From positions 1 to 63,658 of the forward strand of contig JABANN010000135.1 in NCBI GenBank assembly GCA_013115125.1: a stretch of DNA of 63,658 bases, given 5' to 3'. The position numbers and the translations under genes were made by a program. Position 1 is the stretch's first letter, and every line of letters starts with the position of its first letter. The notes beneath the pieces were generated by a model, which was not told where the DNA came from, did no database searches, and saw nothing but the letters and a program-made list of their open reading frames with translations. Of the stretch, positions 12,460-23,899 are shown one piece after another. This DNA is from Perkinsus olseni. Its lineage: Eukaryota.

Positions 12460-15400
12460 TGATTCCGAAAGGCATTCATTACAACCGCCTACAGCGTAGA
12501 TTTCACGTATGTTCGCCTGCTCTTTGTCTACCGAGGAGGTAAGTTCACTATGCCAAACATTTTATTCCGGGAGCATTCCGAAGCCTTTCCAACGTCCATC
12601 TCTTTCAGAGTCAACTACTGCTGAAGGTGCCGTTCAGAGTCCCCCTCGGAACCCTTCCGATTCATCTTCTAATCGCTTTCCCAACGCGATTTCGAGTTCC
12701 CAGTTCTGAAAAGAATTTCATCTTCTTCCGCCTGACTCACATATCCGCTTTCTGAGGTTGGGAGGTATCGCGAGTTGGTCAAGCAGCGTGCACCCCTGAC
12801 TGCCACATCACTGAGGGGATTGGGTGTCGCTGATATGTATCAAGTCAGAGCAGTCGTCGTTTCGCCTGCTAGCTGGATAGATGTCAGAGAGGTCACCAAC
12901 ATCCTCATAGACGTACATGAGAACTCAAATCCAAAGATAGGGAGAAGGGAAGTAACTAACTACCCAAAAACTAACTATCTGTCTCGCTGACCATCAACGA
13001 AGGACAGCTGTTTCACACAATCACAATACAGCGAATATTCAACATCACTGAACAGACGTGCTATTCAACACTGTTGACTCTGGTTCTCAATTGTCGTTGA
13101 TCATTGCGCCAACCCGGCTGAAACTAGCACTTGTCTGCTCTGCAGCGCCCCCGCCTTACCGTATCCTGGACCTATCCTGTTCGTAGTCGACACCTTTCAG
13201 CTGATGCTGAGCATTTTCGGCTGATCTCAATATTACGGATCGTAATTCGCGATGATTCAGAAGGTCTCCCATAATCTCATCCATAAGAGTTATACATCGT
13301 TAATGACGAGAACCCAATAAGATGAGCAGCGGGTGCGAATCGTTACTCGAGAATGCGCCAGACTCTCACTTCCACATTCAACCTGGAAGGCCCGAGCAGT
13401 TCCCTCTAGAGGCTCTCTAACGGAGAGTCGCCCAGAATCCGTCATTCAATCTGTAAAGGAGTGGGATATCTACGTACGACCATTCGGCGACGTTTATTAT
13501 ACATGTGACACAGCAGTGGTACACCCGAACTGCGGCCGCTGCTGCTGGAAACACGAAGGGCAGCGCTAACAGGTTGTCTACGAGCCTTGTCTACTGATAG
13601 AGTGCCGAGGCATGTTGCTGGTATCCATCGGGACTGAGGGATGAATATTCAGCTCATGTGGGAAAGTATTGACGTGCAGGATTAAACGTAACCTTGCTTT
13701 TACATCAGGAGACCAACTAACCATCATCAGAACAGAAAATCTCGAGAGCTTGTAAGGCACGACGAAACTCGGTGAGCTCCTTCTCGTGTCCCTTCTTTCG
13801 ACTTTCCTTGTATTCTCCGATCGTATCAAACCTGGGACAAATCCCACGAGTTGCAGTACGGTTCAATCGTACCATGTAGAGCACGACGTTTAAGGAAAGT
13901 TTCAATCGCAGTGAGACTGGAACTGAAGTCATCCCCGTTACTTTTCGTTCGTGAGCGGCTCCCTGTACTTCCAGCGCCTCGATACCGCGGGATCCGTCGG
14001 AAGATTGGCTGGTGAGGGAAACGCTGCAGAGATATCTGCCCCGTTGTGAAAGGACAGCTCCTCAATAACTCGTCCATCCGCTTTGGCCGCGCTGAAAGCA
14101 GTCATATGTTGATCGCTTCACAGGTGGCAAACGGTCACTAACCTGCTGGTCCAGCGAATGGAGGGTTGCGTCTCTCTAGCCTTCTTCCTTGCCTTAACGA
14201 CGGAGCTCTGATGGTGCCCTACTTGCTCCAGTTCCTTCTCGTAAGCGATGTAGTTGGTGAGTTGACTGGTGTTCCATATCTCAACACGTAGCGCCTCTTG
14301 CATGAGTTCATCCTGAGTGATGGTAGTACTAACAATGATGAGATGTGAGCTCAAGACGACGTGAGAAGATCCAGTATTGAGTACGATTGAGTATACCAGG
14401 ATAACGACTCACCGCTTGTGGTGCGGACAATCCGTGGCGACGAAGTAAGGAGACATGTGACATACCCTATGGATGCCTCAGCCTCTTCCCATATACAGCC
14501 TGCGAGCATCTAACTGCTGCATCGGTCTTACATAGCTCGGCCACTTGGCCTTCACCCTCTTCGTCTGTTTACTCCTTCTTTCCTCTTGACTATGCTTACG
14601 GTCCGCCTCTCTAACGCTGGAGTCGACTGTTTGGGCCTGGGTCGTATCTCGAGTAGTGACACCACCTCTGGTGGTGGCTGGTGATGGCCTGAGCGACACT
14701 GGACGATGCACGGCTTGATCACTAGTTCGACTCAGTTCGGACGGAATGGTACGGTGGAAGTGACGGCATAATTTTCCGTACTTATCCCTCTACAACAAGG
14801 AGCCTCCTTGAAGGGGGCGAGGCCTGTTGTCCCTCGTACACTCCATCAGAGATGTCCTCCCGAGACAGTGTAGCTGTCTCGCTCGTCTCGCTTTTCCTCT
14901 TCTTCACTCGTTGTGTGGATCGCCTTACCTTCTTCCGTCTAGGCTGTAGTTCAGGGTCGACATATCTGAGGATGATGAAGAGACATCATCGTACCCTCAT
15001 CCCCCACCCGCGCAAATCTATTCACCGCATCCACGCCGACTAAGAAGGAGGAGGCGAGGTCGCTCTTTTCAATACACATACTACGCGCCCCGAATTCCTC
15101 GATGGAGCGGGGCCAAGTGATCGCATGCAACTCCGTAGGAAACTCCCGATGAGTCCCTGTCAGGTCTTGCCTGGCGCCATTGGTCTCGACTCAAGCCGCC
15201 CCTCGACCATTCCACCGAGCTGCGAACGAGCTATGCCTGTATTCCCAAGACTGATTTGCCTACTTCAAGGCACCATTAGAGCGATGCTTTTCATCGATCA
15301 TTTCCATTGGAAAATTGACGAACCCAGCACTGCCCAGCCAGCCTTTGGCTACCTACTTGTTAGGTTTCCGCCTCCGCTTCAAGCTCTCATCACTTTCCTC

Positions 15401-15900
15401 GGCATCACTCTCATCACCCTCGTCCTCATCGGATGCAGAGTCCGACATACTGGACTCGCCAACGTCCTGCCAACCGAGGGCGGTGCGTGGAGGTAATCAC
15501 AGCGAGCATCGTCGAGCAGGCCACTACTTGCCACTGTGCATCCTCCTCATCTTCCGAGTCGAAAGATATGCTGCTGTCATCGGGATCCTCCTCCCAGGTA
15601 TCATGCAAGTTGGAACCCCAAAATTCATCATCTTCACGAGCAGTCGCTGTAGAGACAAAGGGACAAGGTTCGTTCCCGGCACTACTCATTTTTTCCTACC
15701 GGGTTTCTGTATGATTCTCTTCTCTCTCTCATTGACATTCCAAGTCACCCCCTCATCTGAGGATGACGTCTCCTCCCCGCTAGAAGAATCACCACCCTCC
15801 GAGTCTGGCCGCCGGCCTTCCATCGGGGGCATCCAATCTTCCAACACGCTCTTGCAAGTGACTTACGTATACTGTGTAACCCAAAACCGCCCTCGGGTCG
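12460..15900 (-). CDS. One or more hypothetical multi-exon genes (acidic/low-complexity); structure not resolved
   Basis: Protein-like minus-strand exon fragments (DELMQEALRVEIWNTSQLTNYIAYEKELEQ; EDDEFWGSNLHDTWEEDPDD) separated by short intron-like stretches. Confidence 0.35.
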
Positions 15901-15956
15901 ATCGGGTGAAATGGTTAGGATCAACTTAGTAATACAAAATACTCTCGCCATCATCA

Positions 15957-17154
15957 TCATTGCTGGATATCAGAATTGCCGGCTACATCTACAAAGCCGT
16001 CGTCCCTTCCTTCGAAGAAGTGCCAGCCTTGACCTTGGAGAGGTAGGAGGACGGCGGAGACGGCGAGGCATCCTGCCTTCCTTCGTCTAGTATATACCGA
16101 GGTACGACCTGCGATATGAGATATCACTCCGCCATACGGGATCAGGGGTACGCAATGTCTGCTGCAAACTCTAATGGACGGATCTGCAGTCCATTCTACC
16201 TGCCAATCATCCTTCCCTACGAGAAGTGGGAATTCATTCTCATCGTCCATTTTGGGCGCAGGCTTGCTCACCCGTGCATCCAAGCCATCGCTCTCTCCGC
16301 TAAGCTTCTGAAATAGACTTCATATGCTTTCCTCAGCGATATCACCCGGCGAGGAGAACAGAGCCTTCCTCCCCATGAAGCGCTATGAACAACAAAAATA
16401 CCTACTGCCTCCTACCAAGAGAGTGTCCACCGTGTTATCCCAATCTCGATCGCTACAGAGGTAGATGTCTTGAATGAGAGCTGAGTCCAATAAGGGGAAC
16501 ATCTCGAAGAGATCAGTGATTTCGTCCTCCAAACTAAAGAGACGGTATTGATAGCACTACCCCTCCTCGCCGACCCTCTCCTACCACTCAGCCTCCTCCC
16601 GCTCCAGCTCACGGGAGCGCTCCTGTTCATGAACTGCACTTTCTTTCGCCGTCTCCTTCCACACCTTCAGACAGCGCGATTCGAAATACCTAACCCAACG
16701 GGGGAAGATAGGCCGAGGCCGGCGTTAAACGGTAATGTGGAGATGTGGTACTCTCGCTGAACCGGGGTAGCATTTGGCTTTGCTCCCGGCATGTTTTCGC
16801 AGTCATCCCATAGATTTAGTCGAGGCTTGCGGTTGCTGGACGATTTCTTCTTCGGTCGACCCGCAGCTGAGATACAAGACAGCTGCCGTGTTTACGTCCG
16901 TGCAGAGCCCTCTGCACACGTACGACCATTTCACGGACAGAAATGTCGACAGACCTTGGGAATGTGATCGTGTCTTTTCAGAGCTGTGCATGATATACTA
17001 CAGGAGAGTGGTGTACCCTAGTACCTTTCCTAGACTCTTCTTCTTGTCTCTCGATTTCCTCCCACTCTTCGCCGTAGTCGACCTGTGGCGACGTGTCTTC
17101 TTCCTCTTCGTCCGCGTCGGTGGACTTTGCCGGATTCTTCCGCGGAGAGGGCAT
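15957..17154 (-). CDS. CUE (ubiquitin-binding) domain protein (multi-exon, 3' limit approximate)
   Basis: An exon near 16415-16535 reads EDEITDLFEMFPLLDSALIQDIYLCSDRDWDNTVDTLL, with the MFP and terminal LL CUE signature. Start MPSPRKNPAK at 17154. Confidence 0.7.
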
Positions 17155-18049
17155 AATGGTTAGTTTGAAGAAGAGTCCTGCAGGGGAGAGATGCAACATA
17201 ATCCCAATGAATAATGGGAGAGGCACTATTGCACGGCGTGTGATGATGCGATACCTTATTCACGCGATACCGTCGAGTTTTGGTAACCAGACCACGATCG
17301 CTCAGGCACAGTTCCAACTGCTGCAGCCTACCGCTGAGTGGCTGCTCTGGATAATGCTGATACAAAAACGAATAATAATTATTCAACACAGTGTGGATGT
17401 AAACGGTCGTGCACCCGCAAACTATATAGACGTATCAACTCTCCCCTACATAATAATTTGATACTAAGCCCTCTTCATCGCCCCAACAGGGATGTTCCCT
17501 GATAGGCTCATCATCGAAGCCTAGCTCCCCATGCTACAATTTGCATAAGCAAGCTGAGCTACACAACTAACGAACGACACCTTGTGCAACGCAAAGGCAT
17601 GTACGACAACGGAGTACCGTGTTGAACACTACTCGGTCAAACCGAGTGAGCCACAGCCTGATTGACAAAAGACTGGGCGATCGTTTTTCGACAAACAACA
17701 GGGTACGCTGAAGAAAGGGGACACTGGCGAAGGATCATCGACATCATGAGTGGGCCTTCTACTTTCACTACAGCCTGACGACGGGTGATTGTATATGGGA
17801 TGATCAACCATACGACAACACTTATATCAATGCATTGCGATGGTTCAATGAAGACACCTGAACTCATTACAGAACTGCCAGGTGGATCGCATGCGAAAAA
17901 TGCTCTTGAAAAATACGGAGGAGAAATGATAGAAGCGGGTACGAAAGCGTATGCTTCAGATTCGCTGAAAACAACACAACAGAGAATCGAGGTTGGCTAT
18001 ATCAGTGCCGACCAGTGTTTGGCAGGCCTCGAGCATTCAGTGAGGGTGA

Positions 18050-18767
18050 TCACACCGCAGGCTCTCGGTAGTCATACCACAATGGGATGAGGGGAGTGTA
18101 TTCACGCGATACCCTTTCGAGAAGAAGTCTCTCGCCACCAAACGGCACGTAGATCTCGTCCTGCGTATCACCGTTGATGAAGAGCGCTTGAGACAAGTCA
18201 CGTGCCTCCACATCCCTACTGGGACACACCTGCCTGACCTGGTCGAGGAATTGCTCTACGGTAGCCCGACCAGTCCACTGAAGAGTATAGTGCACGTACT
18301 GCTCATCAAGATTATAGATCTCGAGAGAAGTTCGACGGTCGTCACACCTGATCTGCAGAAACGCGCGTCCATTGTCGAAGACCTCAAGAGTAACATTGTA
18401 AGTTGGACTGTCTAAGTCGACAGCCTCGAACACACCCGGGTAGCGATCGAAGCCGATCCTGTTTAACTCGAGCACTTCAGATTGGAATTTGACAGAAAGG
18501 GCGTCCCCGTTAATATCCACAGCTAGCTCCCGTTGGCTGACTCGAAGTCAATGATAAAACTACTATCCGCGGCTCTCAACTTGTACGGTCCATCAGTGAA
18601 GGGTGGCTGACCGGGCACTTCGAAGGTGAAGATCACAGAATACCCCGTGAACACATCCAAGTACATCTGGTAGGCTTCTGAAGAGTAGACAAACCTGCCG
18701 GCAAACTGCAAGCTCACTAAGGTCAGTCCTGAGCGAGTATCAACAACACTGGCATGAGATCCATCAT
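18050..18767 (-). pseudogene. Frameshifted, internally deleted paralogue of the 10665..11909 secreted protein
   Basis: Shares TDGPYKLR, IDFE, PGVFEA, CDDRRTS, GRATVEQFLDQVRQVCP and WYDYREP. The signal peptide MMDLMPVLLILAQ falls out of frame near 18728, and a second stop/frame break at ~18522 coincides with loss of the WYEN segment. Confidence 0.8.
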
Positions 18768-20079
18768 TGGGAAAGATAAGAGGATGTTGATGCGACACTT
18801 CAAAAACGACTTCAAGCAAATGCCTATTGAAACGTCGCCGGTGACGTGATCACAGTGGATACTGCTGTTGGCAACGTACCACAACCGTCAACAATCAGTT
18901 GATGATGCGCTGCATCAGACGCTCTAGAGAAACTCAGGAGAACCCCTAGCGCGATCTTTAGCGTTTACAGATGCACGCGAGTACAAGCACGCGCATGCAG
19001 TCGCAGTGATGTTGTCACTCGGCCAGCCAAATGATTGATATGACACCCTGATCACCAAGATCGGATACCGTTCTCTTTCATAGCATGCAACTTCATCATA
19101 TCATTATCACATACCTTATCTCAGGCAGATTACCTCCCGAACTTGGAATCAACTTGAAATCGATAGTTGTACGTGTACTACGCAAAGTATTGCTTACGTT
19201 CTAATTTGCCATCTCGAATCGCGTGCTCCGCAAGCATGCGGCAATACCCTGGCGGCGCCAGGCTGGTGCGAATGTGAATCCTGGTGATACGCGAGAATCC
19301 GTCAGACGTTACTTGTGGGTGTCTCGGATAGTGCCACTTCAGAATGTTCAAGTGCAGGATTGTACAGCCGAGCGGTAAGTCGTTGCTGGAAAGATACACT
19401 ACGAGGCAACGCCCAGCACCACTACAGGCCTGAAACGTTTATTTCACTGATGAAAATTAGAAGACAGCATCGTCGATATCTTCGAACTATAGATTCCACA
19501 TCATAGTGGAACTCGACATCGCAGTCGACCAGCTGGGCCAATCGCCGAGAGTGGTACTATGGGTTACCTTCTGCCCGGTCACCAGTTGGAGAGCGCTTCA
19601 CATACGCGTGTACGAGTTTGGTTGATTGAAATGGTCCTTTATATATCCAGCAGCACATGGCACGATCAGCCACGACTCTCTGCTCACAGATAACCGTCTT
19701 GCTAACCAATTAACGATGGCATCTTCAACCCGGGCGAGTTTGGTCAGCGTGAATTCTCGCTCGTCCAGCTGAAACGATTTGCTAGCCGCCACGTTCGCCA
19801 CGGGTGGATTCACGTCTTCAGGCGATTTGGGGGAGCTAGCAGGAGTTCAGTTAACAGGACCCTCTATTGACAGTCGCTGTTGACCGTTCGATGCACCTTT
19901 CGCTGGCTGTCCGATCCTTCCCTTTGAACGCTTGTGCAGTATTAGTGTGGTGACACTATTTCTTTCACCAAGACTACTGCAACTCACAACGCAGAGTAGC
20001 ATGAGTGTTACGAGTACGCGGACACACTAGTGAGTGGCAATTGGAGTTCTGGACAGAAATCCGCGTTAAGTCTTCATGT

Positions 20080-21530
20080 CGCATGAATAAGGTTGCTCTC
20101 GAGAAAATATTGAGCCTTCGGATTTCCGAGAGCGGGCAGGGTCAACGAGCGACTTGCCCCCTTTTCGATCCCTGAATTCCAGTACAACTTAGCCTAGGAG
20201 TCACCGGCTGGAGCTGCTCGATACCTCCGAAGGTACCATGATATGGTAGTATTGCACTCCCAGGACGTACCAAAACGGGAGCTGACGACTCCACAATGGC
20301 TGTGAAGCTAGGCAGGCATAATCACAGTTGACTCTTCATCCAATGGATCATAACAACTCTATCGCACCTGATGATCATGGACAGCCCTGGCAGTCGATAT
20401 CAGTTCTAATTAGTAATCTGATGAGCTTCGGAGTTGGTAGGCATCCGCAGAGTGAGACTCTTATGATACGACCTGTCTGCTTCTCAGGGGCCTTCATGTG
20501 GTGGACTAGCCTGAGGAAGCTCATCCCCTTTCACCCACTCTATCGCCCAATGGTCACCGCCTTCGCATGGGTCGCAGACGTCTGGAGACTCCCTGGCTGT
20601 GCTGATAAACTACGCCTCAGCGTTGGTGAGCTATGCGTCCCCGTTGAACACTAGCTCTACGCCCCTTCATCCCAGGTACAACCGAGTTCGTTGCAGGGGC
20701 CCTTTGTGCCGTATGCTGCTGGATTGGGGAGAGCATGTCTGAGGCCTTGGTAGTAGTTGTAGTAGTAGTATTGGCAAGATGTTGTTCATCACTCCTCGTT
20801 CATGCGTGCACGGCTATTACTCTTTGATAGTACGCAGTAAGAGATAATCTGCCCACTGATTGAGATCAAGCGTTGACTACGGTTGACTACGGATGAAAGG
20901 CTACAGTTTGTCGATCAGGACGGGGTGATGCGCATATTCAGGTACTAACCGGCCTCGTCGCGACAATGTCTGTCTTGTCGGCCGCTAGCTTCACTCAGAA
21001 AGGAAGAGGGATACAGGATATTCTCCCTAGCTTGGTAGAGTATCCCTTCTCGTGTGCATTACACAAGTGTGGTCTCTAGGCGTTCAACGCCATAGCCCTG
21101 GTAGCCATCATGTTGCGACTCGTCGCCCAATGGAGATCCTATCCGTGGTGGGTGTATGCTATCACCATCATCGACCTTGCTATCGGCATCCTAGTCCTCG
21201 GTTGGTTCGTGTAATACATTTGGCAGGGAGTCTGCCGGCCGTTAGTTGGGTATTCGCTGTTTACATTTGAGGTAGACTTTGGAATCTTCGTAGATATCAC
21301 AGGTGGTCACACGACAATGTGGCTGCATGGTCTCCTTTGCTCGGCCCAGAGGAAGAAGGCAGAGCTGAGCTTCATGGCACCTTGGGACAATCCACGCTCG
21401 GGAGAGAACGGTAGTGACCTAGGTTCTCCGTTAGGCTGGATGCAACACACAGCGAACGTTAGACCGTTTCAGTCAGCACTTTACTCCGGTTATTACTCCA
21501 AGCTCCTTCGATGGCTCAGACCTTGGTAAG
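20080..21530 (+). mobile_element. Highly decayed Ty3/Gypsy-like LTR-retrotransposon pol relic (RT end - RNase H - integrase)
   Basis: Eroded motifs in Gypsy order across broken frames: PFSIPEF (cf. RxFIPxF), FIPGTTEFVAGAL (cf. YIPGxxNxVADAL), EYPFSCALH (cf. YVxSCxxC), RRPMEILSV (cf. PxExxSxD), APWDNPRSG (cf. PYHPQSNG). No intact ORF or LTR seen. Confidence 0.5.
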
Positions 21531-22342
21531 GCAGAGGATACAGGTAGCTCTGTGAAACTTCCGCAGTACTTCCATATCGCTACTCGGCCTCTCTGATGAT
21601 GACGCTGCTGCTACCGCTCCTGCGGTGAATTACATGTGTTTTTCGCTACTGAAGTTTCATGTTACCTCCCTCCTTGCTCTGGGTTCATTCAATCATGAGC
21701 TCTTACCTCCGCCTAGTAGACGTTGTGCAGCGATGAACCCATCGGGAGCGTCATTGAGCAAAATGCAGGAGGCGGTGCTTCGGAACGATGGAGAGGGAGC
21801 TGCTGCAAAGCCACCTACGAACATAGGTAGGTCGATATGGGAAGCAGGCATGCCTTTGGCTGGGGCGTTGGTTGAGATCTCGCCGCGGTCGTGGAAACGA
21901 TGAGGTTTCCTGCGCAACAGTGTTTGCCCGTCGACCGCAACCGCATAGTCATTGTGGCAGAGGAAACTCCTCGTGAACGGCCCGGGTGACTTAGGATGGC
22001 GGGGTTGAAGAGATAGGGGGCCCGAGGGTTGTGTAGCGAAAGCGGTAGTTGAGGAGTAGTTTCGAACCTTCCGCTACTCGGTATCATACCACTCGTCTTC
22101 GGCAAACAAATTAGATGAACTCAACAGAGTAGTTCTAGAAGTAGTAGTACTTGGCTGAACCAAAGGAGCTACGCTCCTCAGTGGAATCGAGGAATATTTA
22201 CAGAAACTGAAAACCGGTAGTCATGCCGTCATTGGCTTGGCAAAAGAGGGAAGCGAAATGCCGCTGGAACTCTCCAAGAGCGAACGAACCACCGGAGTCC
22301 ACAAAACTCATCACCATTGCGTATACAAGGACAAACCGTCAA

Positions 22343-22942
22343 TCACTCGGCTGCATGGTCTCGTGCTAGACGGGCACGCATGCTTTCAACAACGTGGAGG
22401 TGACGTCGATAGGAGTCATCAGCAGTGGATACGGGTTTGGGCACTTTGTCATGGGATGGCCATACAACATCCTCTCCATCACCAGCCACCGCCGATATCA
22501 TAGTCAACCTCCTCCTAGTCGCAGAGCTGGACGGAGTGGAGGCATCAATCTCGTCTGTACTTGTCGCCACGGGATACTTTCTTTTTGGAGATGTCCTCGG
22601 CTCGACCTCATCCTTGATGGGGGCTGTGGAGGGCTTCTCGGTCACAGTAGACTCTACTGATCTCCACACCACTTCGTCCAATCCATAGTCGTCGTACTTG
22701 CACTCCACGGGCTTACCAAAGCAGCTCTCGTCCGAGTTGTCATCATAGCAAACCGAACCATCAGACTTCGTGAGAATGCCCTGGCAGATGGTCTTACCCT
22801 GCGTCCATCCCTTACAGTAGGAGCCGTACTGGGAAGCGTCACAGCTCTCGATGGTAGAACAGAGTTGTGAGCAGCTCTCAGCTTGAACGCTCACGAAGTG
22901 AGAGAAAATAATTGCAATAGTATATATAGTAGTAAACAGCAT
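22343..22942 (-). CDS. Secreted Cys-rich protein with Ser/Thr-rich tail, intronless
   Basis: Signal peptide followed by an 8-Cys module (CSQLCSTIESCDASQYGSYCK...CQG...CY...C...PVEC). Confidence 0.8.
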   Translation of the reverse strand: MLFTTIYTIAIIFSHFVSVQAESCSQLCSTIESCDASQYGSYCKGWTQGKTICQGILTKSDGSVCYDDNSDESCFGKPVECKYDDYGLDEVVWRSVESTVTEKPSTAPIKDEVEPRTSPKRKYPVATSTDEIDASTPSSSATRRRLTMISAVAGDGEDVVWPSHDKVPKPVSTADDSYRRHLHVVESMRARLARDHAAE

Positions 22943-23899
22943 TGATGTAATTAAACACGACCTATGTTGTTAACGAATAGTCAGCGAGACTAGATATGCG
23001 CGTTATAGCCCTGCCGCGTATCCTGCTCATATTGTGTTTTGGCGCACGCTAGAGTACCAGCCGTTGGCCGTTTACTCCACGATATGGTCTGTGTACCGAG
23101 AGCGCCTAGCCTGTGTGGCGTTGGTTCCGATGAGATTTCGTTACTGAGTCTGTGCGTGAACGTGCCTGGCTACACAGTCTGGAGCCGCTTATAGAGGTCT
23201 GTTGATCACCGCTTGTAATCGTCGTTCCGCCCCTAGCGAGTGCTCCACATCACAGTGAATATCCTCGTAGTTGCACATTAGTAGACATGTGGAGTCCAGG
23301 CTTGGTAGTGGTAATGAGCGCTCGGTCTAGGTTTGTTGTCAGGCAATGAAAAGGATGCTGTTATATTCGAATTGCAGCGACAACTAGGAGAGGAAAAAGA
23401 GAAGTGCCGCCAACTTGAAGAGCAATTTCGGTGAGGCATCGCCACGTTCGGGAATGTATGGTGGTGATAGGCTAGAGCGTGAGCTAAGTGGGAGCTCGGA
23501 CCATCTCCCTCTGTGGAGGAGGAGCAGGCGGACATTGCTAAGTCAAGCTCGGTTCCGTGGTTCTGCTCTGTTGATGTGCTAGTTGACAGATAGCAGTCGT
23601 CGGCAGTAGGTATAGACTTGGAGCATTCGTCCAGCGAGAGAGCACCAGTAAGAAGACGATCGAGACCTTAGAGGATCAGGTTGGTGGCAGCCGTATCGCC
23701 AGGAGTTGTAACGGTCCTTTGCCAGCTCAATGGCTTGGACCCGGACGGCACAGCTGAGGACGAATACCGAGGCCGCATGGCTGTGCTCAGGCAAATTGTG
23801 ATTGGTGTGGTAGCGCTCGATTGTGGCTGTGATTCAGAAGTATGCATGACTCATTGGTGGCGGGGATTGAGTGTATACAGAGTAATACAGCCAAGGTCT

